From assembly GCA_023430975.1 (NCBI GenBank), contig JAEYYB010000036.1, positions 158,075 to 182,074 on the forward strand: a stretch of DNA of 24,000 nucleotides, read 5' to 3'. The notes beneath the pieces were generated by a model. That model had not been told where the DNA came from and ran no database searches. It was given only the letters and a program-made list of their open reading frames with translations. The position numbers and the translations under genes were made by a program. How positions within the stretch are numbered: the stretch's first letter is position 1; the number at the start of each line of letters is the position of its first letter. Below, one piece after another: positions 1 through 8,080 of this stretch. This stretch comes from Bacillota bacterium (lineage in GTDB: Bacteria > Bacillota > Clostridia > Acetivibrionales > DSM-2933).

Positions 1-38
1 GATAATATGTGCAGCAGGTATATATTATTACTTCTTAC

Positions 39-1109
39 TTAGAATTGGAAATGTCCTTTAATAAAGACTGCCGATTCCTTTAACAAGTCGATTTCATAAG
101 GTTCAGCCACTGGTTTTCCTGATTTGTCAGTCAATACTTTTACAATTGGTCGCATGGGCATTGACTTGTTTTGTCGAACTACCAGGCATTTTTCATTGGA
201 ATTTAATATTACGCCAGTCCCAGATGGATAAGCAGCTATATTCATTGTGAATGCTTTTAGAAGTTTATCATCAAAATAGTATCCGCTCATGCTGTTTATA
301 TCATTAAGTGCTTCATGCACTGGCTTTGGAGGTCCTTTGCCATTTCCCGAAATTAAATTATCAAAAGCATCACAAATAGAAACTAACCTAGCGATATCAC
401 TTATCTCATCGCCTTTTAATTTAAGTGGATATCCTGTTCCATCAAAATTTTCGTGATGCATTAGCACTGCAATCTTTGAGTGAGTATTGCAGAAGTTTTC
501 TTTGCCTAAGAAATCATATCCTACTCTAGGATGAATTGATTGGATATAAATATCCGCATCTTCTTTGGAAGCGAATTTGGATAAGGATTTTTTGTCATTT
601 AGAATTACTAGTTTACCTATATCATGAAGAATTGCTCCAATAGAAATATCTTTTAGTTTGAGCATGTTATATCCTAAATGAATTCCAATAAAACTTGATA
701 ATATACAGACGTTTACAGAGTGTGAGAATACAGTATTGCCGCCAACTCTCATATCCATAATGTCTATTAGACTATCCCTGTTTAAAAAGATTTCATCTAT
801 AATGGAATTGACTGATTTCACTATGTCACTATTATCAATCCTGCTATTTTTCGTATATCTCTCCATGGCCTCTTTTAGGTTATATTTGCTCATCTGGCGG
901 GTTTTTTCCGATACTGTATCATCTATAACAACTTCTTTCGAAAACTCATCATCGATATAAACTGATTTAACTCCCAAATCGGTAAGTTTATCGATAAAAA
1001 ATCGGGTTAACTTAATGTCTGAATTGATGAGTATCTTGCCGGTATCGTCGAATAGCTGCTTTCCAAGTATTTCGTCTCCTTTAAGATTGGAAACATTAAC
1101 AACTCTCAT
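39..1109 (-). CDS. HD-GYP domain protein (predicted c-di-GMP phosphodiesterase)
   Basis: 356-aa ORF. It has the HD motif 'ILHDIGK' and an intact 'HHENFDGTGYP' (HHExxDGxGYP) signature. A GGGAGA Shine-Dalgarno-like sequence lies 6 nt upstream of the ATG at 1109. Confidence 0.85.
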   Translation of the reverse strand: MRVVNVSNLKGDEILGKQLFDDTGKILINSDIKLTRFFIDKLTDLGVKSVYIDDEFSKEVVIDDTVSEKTRQMSKYNLKEAMERYTKNSRIDNSDIVKSVNSIIDEIFLNRDSLIDIMDMRVGGNTVFSHSVNVCILSSFIGIHLGYNMLKLKDISIGAILHDIGKLVILNDKKSLSKFASKEDADIYIQSIHPRVGYDFLGKENFCNTHSKIAVLMHHENFDGTGYPLKLKGDEISDIARLVSICDAFDNLISGNGKGPPKPVHEALNDINSMSGYYFDDKLLKAFTMNIAAYPSGTGVILNSNEKCLVVRQNKSMPMRPIVKVLTDKSGKPVAEPYEIDLLKESAVFIKGHFQF

Positions 1110-1192
1110 AGGTTATCTCCCAATATAAAAAAGTAATTGTTAATATTATCGGCATGCTATTATAAAATATTGAACAGATAATTATGAGATTC

Positions 1193-1243
1193 TATATTAA
1201 AAGTGTTTGTAACCTAATGTAATAGATTTATCACAATTAATAT
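1193..1243. repeat. Intergenic repeat, copy 1 (partner at 7947..7989)
   Basis: The exact 20-mer TAATGTAATAGATTTATCAC (1215..1234) recurs at 7961..7980. The match extends 3' through (AA/TT)TTAATAT. It extends 5' through TATATTA..AGTGT, with an indel of about 8 nt. Confidence 0.6.
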
Positions 1244-1270
1244 ATTTATATAGCAGTAAAAATATCTTAA

Positions 1271-1299
1271 TTGTAAGTTAAAAACATATAGTGTAATAT
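1271..1299 (+). promoter_or_regulatory. Candidate sigma-A promoter for the histidine kinase gene
   Basis: TTGTAA (1271..1276), 17-nt spacer, TAATAT (1294..1299), about 65 nt upstream of the GTG start at 1366. The region is very AT-rich, so false positives are easy. Confidence 0.3.
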
Positions 1300-1365
1300 A
1301 ATGCAAGGTGTTGTATAATTTTAATATTAAATGAAAAATATTATTTAATATTGTAGAGGTTAAAA

Positions 1366-3381
1366 GTGAAATTAAACAATTATTTAAAAGTTTGCTTTGG
1401 GCAAACTAAGTCAAATATGTTTATATTTGTAATTAAAAATGTACTGATTCTAATTGCGGCATGGTTAGTAGCCGATATTTTAACGCTTAACATATGGGGG
1501 GCTAATATAGCCTTGTTCCATACAGTATTTGAACTTGTATGTGTTTTTATTTCTTTTTCAATATTTGTTATTATTTGGTATACATATGATGATAACTCTT
1601 TGAATATCAGGTTAATGGGTTTTGCATTTCTTAGTGTAGCTATTTTTATTAGTCTTCATGCTTTGTATTTTACTCCCCTTGGATTTGCACCAGCTGATCA
1701 TGCTGATTTATTTGCAAAGTTTGGTGTGATAGGCAGACTTATTGAAGCTATTTTTATATTAGCTTTGATATATGGTTTTTTTAGAATTAATGCCAATAGA
1801 TGGGTTATGTTAATTATCTCGTTGGCTAGTACTTTTGGCATATCACTTGTGCTTCTGCAGTTTCCAAACGTGTTTCCAAAGATGTTAACCGATGAAGGAT
1901 CTACCATTTATAGAGCTATTATGGAATGTATAATACTTGTATTATTTGCTTTCTGTCTCAATCCTTTGATAAAGAAAGTTAACAAGAGAGAGGTACTAAC
2001 ATACAAGTATATTTTGTCAGCGGTAATTTTCGCCATACCAGTAGAAATATTATTCTCAGTATATGATACCATAGCTTCATTCTATAATGTTTTAGGCCAT
2101 ATTCTTAAAATAATATCTTATTGCTTGCTTTTTAAAGGTATTTTCATAAGTGCGGTTACTTATCCTTATAGGACAAAGGTAGAACAGTTAAATATAAGTG
2201 AAGAGCGGTTCGAGAATGCCTTTGAGTATGCTGCAGTTGGAATGGCTATTGTCGGGATCGACGGTGAGTGGTTGAAAGTTAATCGCTTTGTATTTGATAT
2301 AACAGGGTATTCCCATGGGCAGCTCCATAATATGACATATGAGGATATAATCCATCCTGATGACATGGAATCTAATATTAGCCTCACCAAGCAGCTTCTA
2401 GAGGGTCAAATACAGTATTACCATATAGAAAGACGATATATTCATAAGAATGGTTATCCTGTATGGGTATTTCTAAGCTGCTCATTAGTTCGGGACAGTG
2501 AGAGTAATCCCATCTATTTTGTATTACAGATCCAGGATATTACCCAGCTTAAAAAAGCTTATGATACTATTGAGTACGACAAATTAAGGTCTGAGTTTTT
2601 TGCAAACATATCACATGAGTTTAGAACACCTCTGAATATTATTTTAAACTCCATTCAATTGTTTGATATTTACGTTAAAAATTATCAGGATAATGATGAC
2701 AAGATGAGAAAACTTCTAAACTCAATGAGGCAAAATTGCAGCAGGCTTATTCGACTTATAAACAATTTGATTGATACGTCACGAATAGATGCAGGGTTCT
2801 ATACTCTGAATAAAAAGGAATACAATATAGTAAATATTGTGGAGGAGGTTACTCTTTCGGTTGCAGATTTTATTAGGAGTAAAGGGCTGCAGTTGGAGTT
2901 TGATACCAATATAGAAGAAAAGTTTATGGAATGTGATCCGGATAAGATTGAAAGAATAATGCTTAATCTCTTCTCAAATGCGGTAAAATTTACAAAAGAC
3001 AAAGGTAAAATCAATGTTAATATTTACGATCATGGAGATAAAATAATAATATCCGTTAAGGATAATGGCATAGGAATACAAAAGGATAAGCAGGAACTGA
3101 TTTTTCAAAGGTTCCGTCAGGTTGATAAATCCCTTACAAGAAGCCATGAGGGTAGCGGAATAGGCTTATCCCTTGTAAAATCATTGGTAGAGCTTCATGG
3201 TGGAACAATAAAAGTTGTAAGTGAGTACGGTAAAGGCAGCGAATTCATTATAAGCCTTCCAACCTTATTAAATCAGAAATCCTGTAAGAATACATTTGAA
3301 GAGACTGCTGCGACAGCCGGCAGATTTGCTGATAGCCGGGTTGAGGCTATAAATGTTGAGTTTTCGGATATCTATTTCTAA
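1366..3381 (+). CDS. Sensor histidine kinase (multi-TM MASE3-like N-terminus, PAS, HisKA, HATPase_c)
   Basis: 671-aa ORF. The N-terminal ~260 aa are hydrophobic with 'FHTVFELVCVFISFSIF' (MASE3-like by recollection). The PAS region is 'ERFENAFEYAAVGMAIVGIDGEWLKVN'. Kinase motifs: H-box 'ISHEFRTPLN', N-box 'NLFSNAVKFT', G1 'DNGIGI', G2 'GSGIGLSLV'. GTG start with AGAGG 6-7 nt upstream. Confidence 0.85.
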   Translation: MKLNNYLKVCFGQTKSNMFIFVIKNVLILIAAWLVADILTLNIWGANIALFHTVFELVCVFISFSIFVIIWYTYDDNSLNIRLMGFAFLSVAIFISLHALYFTPLGFAPADHADLFAKFGVIGRLIEAIFILALIYGFFRINANRWVMLIISLASTFGISLVLLQFPNVFPKMLTDEGSTIYRAIMECIILVLFAFCLNPLIKKVNKREVLTYKYILSAVIFAIPVEILFSVYDTIASFYNVLGHILKIISYCLLFKGIFISAVTYPYRTKVEQLNISEERFENAFEYAAVGMAIVGIDGEWLKVNRFVFDITGYSHGQLHNMTYEDIIHPDDMESNISLTKQLLEGQIQYYHIERRYIHKNGYPVWVFLSCSLVRDSESNPIYFVLQIQDITQLKKAYDTIEYDKLRSEFFANISHEFRTPLNIILNSIQLFDIYVKNYQDNDDKMRKLLNSMRQNCSRLIRLINNLIDTSRIDAGFYTLNKKEYNIVNIVEEVTLSVADFIRSKGLQLEFDTNIEEKFMECDPDKIERIMLNLFSNAVKFTKDKGKINVNIYDHGDKIIISVKDNGIGIQKDKQELIFQRFRQVDKSLTRSHEGSGIGLSLVKSLVELHGGTIKVVSEYGKGSEFIISLPTLLNQKSCKNTFEETAATAGRFADSRVEAINVEFSDIYF

Positions 3382-3430
3382 TCATACTTTATATAATTAT
3401 AAAAAAATTAATCATTTAAGAGGTGAAGCA

Positions 3431-3892
3431 GTGAGAAGAAAAGATAAGGAAATAACAGATATAAGCTTGGTTGAGAAAATTCTAAGAGAAGCAGAAATTA
3501 TAAGGATAGCCATGGTTGATGGAGACATGCCCTACCTCGTAGCCATGAATTATGCATATGCAGATGGGGCAATATTCATGCACTCCGCAAAGGAAGGAAG
3601 AAAAATCAATATATTAAAGAAAAATAATAAAGTGGCTTTCCAAGTAGATAAAGATGTTGAACTGTTACTTGAAAAGGAGGCCTGCAGGTGCGGAACAAAA
3701 TATTTGAGCGTTTTTGGGACAGGAACTGCATTTTTTATTAGTGACTATGAAGGGGAAAAGGCAGCTTTAGATGCCATAATGACCAGATATTTAGGAAGAT
3801 CGGGTTTTAGCTATCCTGATGAGGTTATGAATAGGACTCTTGTTATAAAGGTGGAGATTGATACTATTACTGGCAAAAAGTCGGGCTATTAA
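3431..3892 (+). CDS. Pyridoxamine 5'-phosphate oxidase family (split-barrel flavin-binding, Nim-like) protein
   Basis: The track ORF 3353..3892 overlaps the kinase stop. An in-frame GTG at 3431 is preceded by AAGAGGTG with a 5-nt spacing. The sequence 'ITDISLVEKILREAEIIRIAMVDGDMPYLVAMNYAY...IFMHSAKEGRKINILKKNNKVAFQVD' is typical of PNPOx-like proteins. Confidence 0.7.
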   Translation: MRRKDKEITDISLVEKILREAEIIRIAMVDGDMPYLVAMNYAYADGAIFMHSAKEGRKINILKKNNKVAFQVDKDVELLLEKEACRCGTKYLSVFGTGTAFFISDYEGEKAALDAIMTRYLGRSGFSYPDEVMNRTLVIKVEIDTITGKKSGY

Positions 3893-3924
3893 GTACTGAT
3901 AAGAGGTTGGGAGGGACTTTGCAT

Positions 3925-4614
3925 ATGATGAATGATAATAAGACTGCACATAATGCAGGGGAATATGACGGGAAAATTAGAGCTACTATTCCAAATTATG
4001 AGCGTTTTCACTCGGAGACCATAGACCTTGTTAAATCAATAAAGCCTCTGCCTGAAAAATGGCTAGATACGGGCTGTGGAACAGGTACATTTGTGGTTTC
4101 TGCTTTAGATGATTTTAAAAGTACAAGGTTTGTTCTTTCAGATCCATCAAAGGAAATGCTTGAAATTGCTAGGGAAAAGCTATCACATGAGGGAAATAAC
4201 ATGATTGAAATATTAGGTCCAGTGTCATCCCAGGATTTGAGGTTGCCTGATGAGGGAATTGACGTAATAACAGCTATACAGGCTCATCATTATCTTGATC
4301 AGGATGGCAGAAGAGCAGCAGTAGAGAACTGTTTCAGGATGTTAAGGGCTGGAGGAATATTTATTACATATGAGAATATCAGTCCGTTTACTTCTTCAGG
4401 TATCAGGGTTGGTTTGGATAGGTGGAAGAGGTTTCAGATGGCTTTGGGGAAGGGTATGAAGGAAGCGGAGAAACATGTTAACAGGTTTGGACAGGATTAT
4501 TACCCTATCACTATAGAAGAGCACCTTGGCTTGCTAAAGGAGGCAGGATTTTCGGTTGTTGAAATATTGTGGGTTTCCTATATGCAGGCAGGCTTCTATG
4601 CAATTAAGGAGTGA
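3925..4614 (+). CDS. Class I SAM-dependent methyltransferase (CmoA-like N-terminal 'YD..I...IPNY' region)
   Basis: SAM-binding motif I is 'WLDTGCGTGTF'. ATG at 3925 lies 9 nt after GGAGGG. The TTG at 3907 given by the track is less likely. Confidence 0.75.
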   Translation: MMNDNKTAHNAGEYDGKIRATIPNYERFHSETIDLVKSIKPLPEKWLDTGCGTGTFVVSALDDFKSTRFVLSDPSKEMLEIAREKLSHEGNNMIEILGPVSSQDLRLPDEGIDVITAIQAHHYLDQDGRRAAVENCFRMLRAGGIFITYENISPFTSSGIRVGLDRWKRFQMALGKGMKEAEKHVNRFGQDYYPITIEEHLGLLKEAGFSVVEILWVSYMQAGFYAIKE

Positions 4615-4707
4615 GTTATGGGGCAAAGTGGTATTTAGTGGATTTATTTACAACATTTTATGAATTATAAGATATTTTATATTTTAGGAAACAAGGAGGA
4701 ACATTTT

Positions 4708-5010
4708 ATGATTAAGCATATTGTTATGTGGCGTTTGAAAGAAACAGCCCATGGGAATTCTAAAAAGGAAAATGCAATTAAAATAAAAAACATGCTTGAA
4801 GCCTTACGTGGCAAAATACCTGGAATGATAAATATTGAGGTGGGCATAGATTTTTCCTTTACTGATAGCAGCTCAGATGTGGTTTTATATTCTGAATTTG
4901 CTACTCGGGATGATCTGGAAAACTATCAGGTACATCCGGAGCACAAGGCGGTTATGCCGTTTATTCTTGAGGCTAGGATTGAGAGAAGAGTAGTGGATTA
5001 TGAAATATAA
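4708..5010 (+). CDS. Dabb (stress-responsive alpha/beta-barrel) domain protein
   Basis: About 100 aa starting 'MIKHIVMWRLKE', with the C-terminal motif 'LENYQVHPEHKAV' typical of Dabb proteins. AAGGAGG lies 8 nt upstream of the ATG at 4708. The upstream ATG at 4660 has no SD. Confidence 0.7.
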   Translation: MIKHIVMWRLKETAHGNSKKENAIKIKNMLEALRGKIPGMINIEVGIDFSFTDSSSDVVLYSEFATRDDLENYQVHPEHKAVMPFILEARIERRVVDYEI

Positions 5011-5089
5011 TTCGGTATTATTAAATATGACATCCTTGTGTCATGTTTGGTGTGGTATCATCTGTATATAAGTTAAGTATGGAGGTTGG

Positions 5090-5479
5090 GTGATTTTTTT
5101 GGATAAGCTATCCAGTACCAATTCATACCAGAGAAGTTTAGGCATCATGTTGATGGCTGAAAATGCAAGATGGGATGATGCTGGAAGGCTTGATAAAGAT
5201 ATTGACCTGTATCTTTCATTTTGTGATGATGAAAAACCTATAACTGTACGTCAATGTGTCCAGAGTCTTTCCAAGATTGTACCATGGAAAAAGAAGCTTT
5301 GCCGAAGGGTTGCAGACAAGCTTATGGCGATAGATATTTCACAACGCAAGGAGACGCAGAGAAAAATCCTTCTTATGGACATTATTAACGTGCTTGTAGA
5401 GATTAACAAACACGATAAAAGTGATCAGATAGATATTTATATCAGCAATGCAATGATAGGCGGGATTTTGGATAAATAA
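5090..5479 (+). CDS. Hypothetical helical-repeat protein, apparently N-terminally short
   Basis: 129-aa ORF with GTG start and GGAGG 6 nt upstream. 'DEKPITVRQCVQSL' and the surrounding region resemble, from memory, small clostridial HEAT-like proteins often mislabelled 'SufBD protein'. Those carry about 40 more N-terminal residues. An in-frame stop lies just upstream of the start. Confidence 0.4.
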   Translation: MIFLDKLSSTNSYQRSLGIMLMAENARWDDAGRLDKDIDLYLSFCDDEKPITVRQCVQSLSKIVPWKKKLCRRVADKLMAIDISQRKETQRKILLMDIINVLVEINKHDKSDQIDIYISNAMIGGILDK

Positions 5480-5543
5480 GCAAAAAGCCAGGTGCTGAAG
5501 CTTTTAGCAGGAGAGTAAACAGATATATACAAGAGGTGTGATT

Positions 5544-5819
5544 ATGGAGAAAATTGAGAGATTAAGCCAGCTGCCTAATATAGGAAAAGAAATGGAAAAA
5601 CGACTTGCTTCTATTGGAATCTACGATGTTGAAACTTTTATGAAAACCGGAAGCAAGGAAGCTTTTATTAAGCTTCACTTGCTTGAAGGGGATACCTGCT
5701 TTTCTTCCCTTTGCGGCCTTGAGGGTGCGATTCAAGGTATCAGGTGGCATCATTTAAGTAGTGAAACAAAACAAGATCTAAAAAAGTTTTTTGACTCTTT
5801 CGAAAAGAGGAAAATTTAA
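5544..5819 (+). CDS. TfoX C-terminal domain-like protein
   Basis: 91 aa. 'LSQLPNIGKEMEKRLASIGIYDVETF' is a helix-hairpin-helix-like pattern typical of TfoX_C. ATG at 5544 lies 7 nt after AAGAGG. Confidence 0.6.
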   Translation: MEKIERLSQLPNIGKEMEKRLASIGIYDVETFMKTGSKEAFIKLHLLEGDTCFSSLCGLEGAIQGIRWHHLSSETKQDLKKFFDSFEKRKI

Positions 5820-5867
5820 TTAAATGCATAAAAATGAATTAATATTTATTATAAGAGATTAACTCGC

Positions 5868-6477
5868 TCATTCAAAGCTTTTGCAGTTATATTTTACTTC
5901 CTTTATGTCGGTAAATTTTATATAGCAATAATCTCCTTCGGGGAAATTCCACACTGCTTCTCCATAACCGGGAAACTTAAGGCCGTTTATCTCTTTGTAA
6001 CTTTTTATTGGTGTAGACCACTGAGCTTTTCTGCTGGGTGAGCCATCAAGGGGGGTAAAGAACCTGTCCTGACTAACGAAGTTTATCAGCTCACCCTTAT
6101 CATTAAAGTATAGCAATGCTGATATTGTACAGCCTTCATTTTCAAAGATGGCCTTAACAGTCTTTGAGTCTATGGTTTCCCAGCTTATTCTGTTGTCTAT
6201 CAATGCAGCAGGGGCAAAAAAGCACATATCATTAAAAAGTGTTGTGGTATCACCTATTCTCATTTCCTCACCTTTAGAGTCTAGAACAGTAAAAATGCCT
6301 GCGGCTTTAATGTGCATTCTTGCTTCCTTACGACCTAAGATATTTTTGTACCGGCTCAGGTAAGCGTTTAATATCCAATTCCATTAATACGCTATTATCT
6401 TGCTTTGAGGCACGATCTAAGGCTCTTTGTGCTTCTTTTTTATAGGTTCTGGCAAGGCCCTGGGATTTGATTATTTG
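5868..6477 (-). pseudogene. Decayed DUF6544-like gene (frameshift, internal deletion, missing N-terminus)
   Basis: The 149-aa ORF 5868..6317 matches only the C-terminal half of the family. Upstream, a different frame (6477..6331) reads 'QIIKSQGLARTYKKEAQRALDRASKQDNSVLMELDIKRLPEPVQKYLRS*'. That peptide contains the N-terminal 'LPEPVQ.YLR' motif I associate with DUF6544. It is bounded by TGA at 6478..6480 and TAA at 6328..6330. Confidence 0.5.
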
Positions 6478-6568
6478 TCAATAGGATTTTGATTTGTATT
6501 TATGATGGCATAAAATGGTATTTTGTGTTAAGATAATGAGAGGGATTATTTATAAAAATTAAAAGTGC

Positions 6569-6597
6569 TTGATTTAATTAATAAACTTAAATATACT
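6569..6597 (+). promoter_or_regulatory. Candidate sigma-A promoter upstream of serC
   Basis: TTGATT (6569..6574), exact 17-nt spacer, TATACT (6592..6597). This implies a leader of about 170 nt before the serC ATG at 6772. Confidence 0.5.
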
Positions 6598-6771
6598 GTA
6601 AGAGATGGTTACATACAGCTTGCAGCTTTTATATGCCGTGTTGATAAAGGGGAAATACATGTATATAGCTTTTGCTGCAATATAATTTAAAAGAGCGTAA
6701 TTATATGAAAAGACAGATGGCTTCTCATGTAATTACTTAATTTTCAACATAAAACGAGAGGATGATTTGAT

Positions 6772-7890
6772 ATGAAACCTGCTGTTAAACCCCAAAATCC
6801 TAACTTTTCTTCCGGCCCTTGTTCCAAGTATCCGGGATTTACACTTGATATCTTAAAGGGTGCACTTTTAGGCAGATCTCACAGATGCGGAATTGCTAAA
6901 GAGAGGCTGAATTATTCCCTTAAAAAGACGAAGGAAATACTTGGAATTCCAGATGATTATATAGTTGGTATGGTTCCAGGGTCAGATACTGGTGCTATAG
7001 AAATGGCAATGTGGAACCTTTTAGGTCCAAGGGGTGTTGATGTAGTTAATTTTGAATCCTTTGGTAAAACGTGGGCAAATGATGTTAAAAACCAACTCAA
7101 AATTGAGGATACACAATCGATTTCCGCAGATTATGGATACTTGCCGGATCTTTCAAAAGTTAATTTTGATCATGATGTTGTTATGACATGGAATGGGACA
7201 ACAAGCGGGGTAAAAATACCAAATGGTGATTGGATTCCAGATGGCAGAAAAGGATTGACTATAGTTGACGCAACATCAGCTGTTTTTGCAATGGAAATTC
7301 CATGGAACAAAGTTGATGTTTTAACTTTCTCATGGCAAAAGGTTTTAGGCGGTGAAGGAGCTCATGGTATGTTAGTTATGTCGCCTCGTGCTGTAGAACG
7401 CATAGAGTCATACATGCCTCCATGGCCGATGCCTAAGGTCCTCCAATTGAGGAAGAAAGATAAGCTCATGATGGATATATTTGAAGGTTCTCCAATCAAT
7501 ACTCCATCTATGTTATGCGTCGAAGACTATATACAAGCATTGGAATGGGCAAATTCAATAGGCGGACTCAAAGGCTTGATCAAAAAAAGCAATGAAAACT
7601 TAAATGAAATAGAGAAGTTTGTTGAAACCCATGATTGGATTGATTTCCTTCCAGTAAGCAAGGATATTCGTTCCAACACATCGGTTTGCTTAAAAATAAA
7701 GCTTGATCAGGATCAGTTAAATGCTCTTGTTAAATTATTGGATAAAGAAGGTGCGGCTTACGATTGCAAGTCCTACAAGGATGCACCTGCAGGATTGCGT
7801 TTCTGGTGTGGTGCTACAGTAAATAAGGAAGATGTAGCCTGCATGCTTCAATGGCTTGAATGGGCTTATGGCGAAGTAACAAAATCTTAA
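6772..7890 (+). CDS. serC: Phosphoserine aminotransferase (short actinobacterial/clostridial SerC type)
   Basis: 372 aa. N-terminus '[18 protein letters not shown]'. PLP-lysine context '[11 protein letters not shown]'. GAGAGGA SD-like sequence upstream of the ATG. Confidence 0.85.
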   Translation: MKPAVKPQNPNFSSGPCSKYPGFTLDILKGALLGRSHRCGIAKERLNYSLKKTKEILGIPDDYIVGMVPGSDTGAIEMAMWNLLGPRGVDVVNFESFGKTWANDVKNQLKIEDTQSISADYGYLPDLSKVNFDHDVVMTWNGTTSGVKIPNGDWIPDGRKGLTIVDATSAVFAMEIPWNKVDVLTFSWQKVLGGEGAHGMLVMSPRAVERIESYMPPWPMPKVLQLRKKDKLMMDIFEGSPINTPSMLCVEDYIQALEWANSIGGLKGLIKKSNENLNEIEKFVETHDWIDFLPVSKDIRSNTSVCLKIKLDQDQLNALVKLLDKEGAAYDCKSYKDAPAGLRFWCGATVNKEDVACMLQWLEWAYGEVTKS

Positions 7891-7910
7891 AATAAAATAT
7901 TTGATTAAAA

Positions 7911-7950
7911 TATAAAAATAAACCACCTTTCGGGGTGGTTTATTTTTATA
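7911..7950. terminator. Rho-independent terminator after serC (palindromic, bidirectional type)
   Basis: The GC core CCACC (7923..7927) pairs with GGTGG (7934..7938). It is flanked by perfectly complementary A/T arms, TATAAAAATAAA and TTTATTTTTATA, which give a U-tract on either strand. Confidence 0.8.
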
Positions 7951-7989
7951 TTAGTAGTGTTAATGTAATAGATTTATCACTTTTAATAT
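7947..7989. repeat. Intergenic repeat, copy 2 (partner at 1193..1243)
   Basis: The same 20-mer at 7961..7980, plus flanking similarity. It sits between the serC terminator and the padR-family promoter. Confidence 0.6.
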
Positions 7990-8004
7990 GATAAAGAAAA
8001 TAAT

Positions 8005-8033
8005 TTGACTTATATATCAGTGTGATATACAAT
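8005..8033 (+). promoter_or_regulatory. Sigma-A promoter of the PadR-family gene
   Basis: TTGACT (8005..8010), exact 17-nt spacer, TACAAT (8028..8033), about 48 nt upstream of the ATG at 8081. Confidence 0.6.
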
Positions 8034-8056
8034 GGAATATATCACACTGATATATA
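8011..8056. promoter_or_regulatory. Perfect 19-bp inverted repeat, candidate PadR operator
   Basis: TATATATCAGTGTGATATA (8011..8029) and its exact reverse complement TATATCACACTGATATATA (8038..8056) are separated by 8 nt. The repeat spans the promoter spacer, the -10 box and the predicted start site. Confidence 0.6.
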
Positions 8057-8080
8057 ACCTTATTATTTGGAGGTGTACAT

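Noticed and set aside
1110-1365. CRISPR-like or tandem-repeat structure in the very AT-rich 256-bp divergent intergenic region.
   Set aside because: No periodic direct repeats are present. The only significant repeat is the single copy of the element shared with 7947..7989, which is reported separately.
5011-5089. Small hairpin ATGACA-TCCTTG-TGTCAT after the Dabb gene as a terminator.
   Set aside because: It has only 6 bp, is AT-rich and has no clear U-tract. That is too weak to call.
6481-6771. Possible T-box or amino-acid riboswitch upstream of serC.
   Set aside because: I could not find a T-box core (AATTAGGGTGGTACCGCG-like), a specifier-loop arrangement or other known riboswitch cores. 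GC content is too low for the usual helices. I kept it only as a low-interest 'long leader' note.
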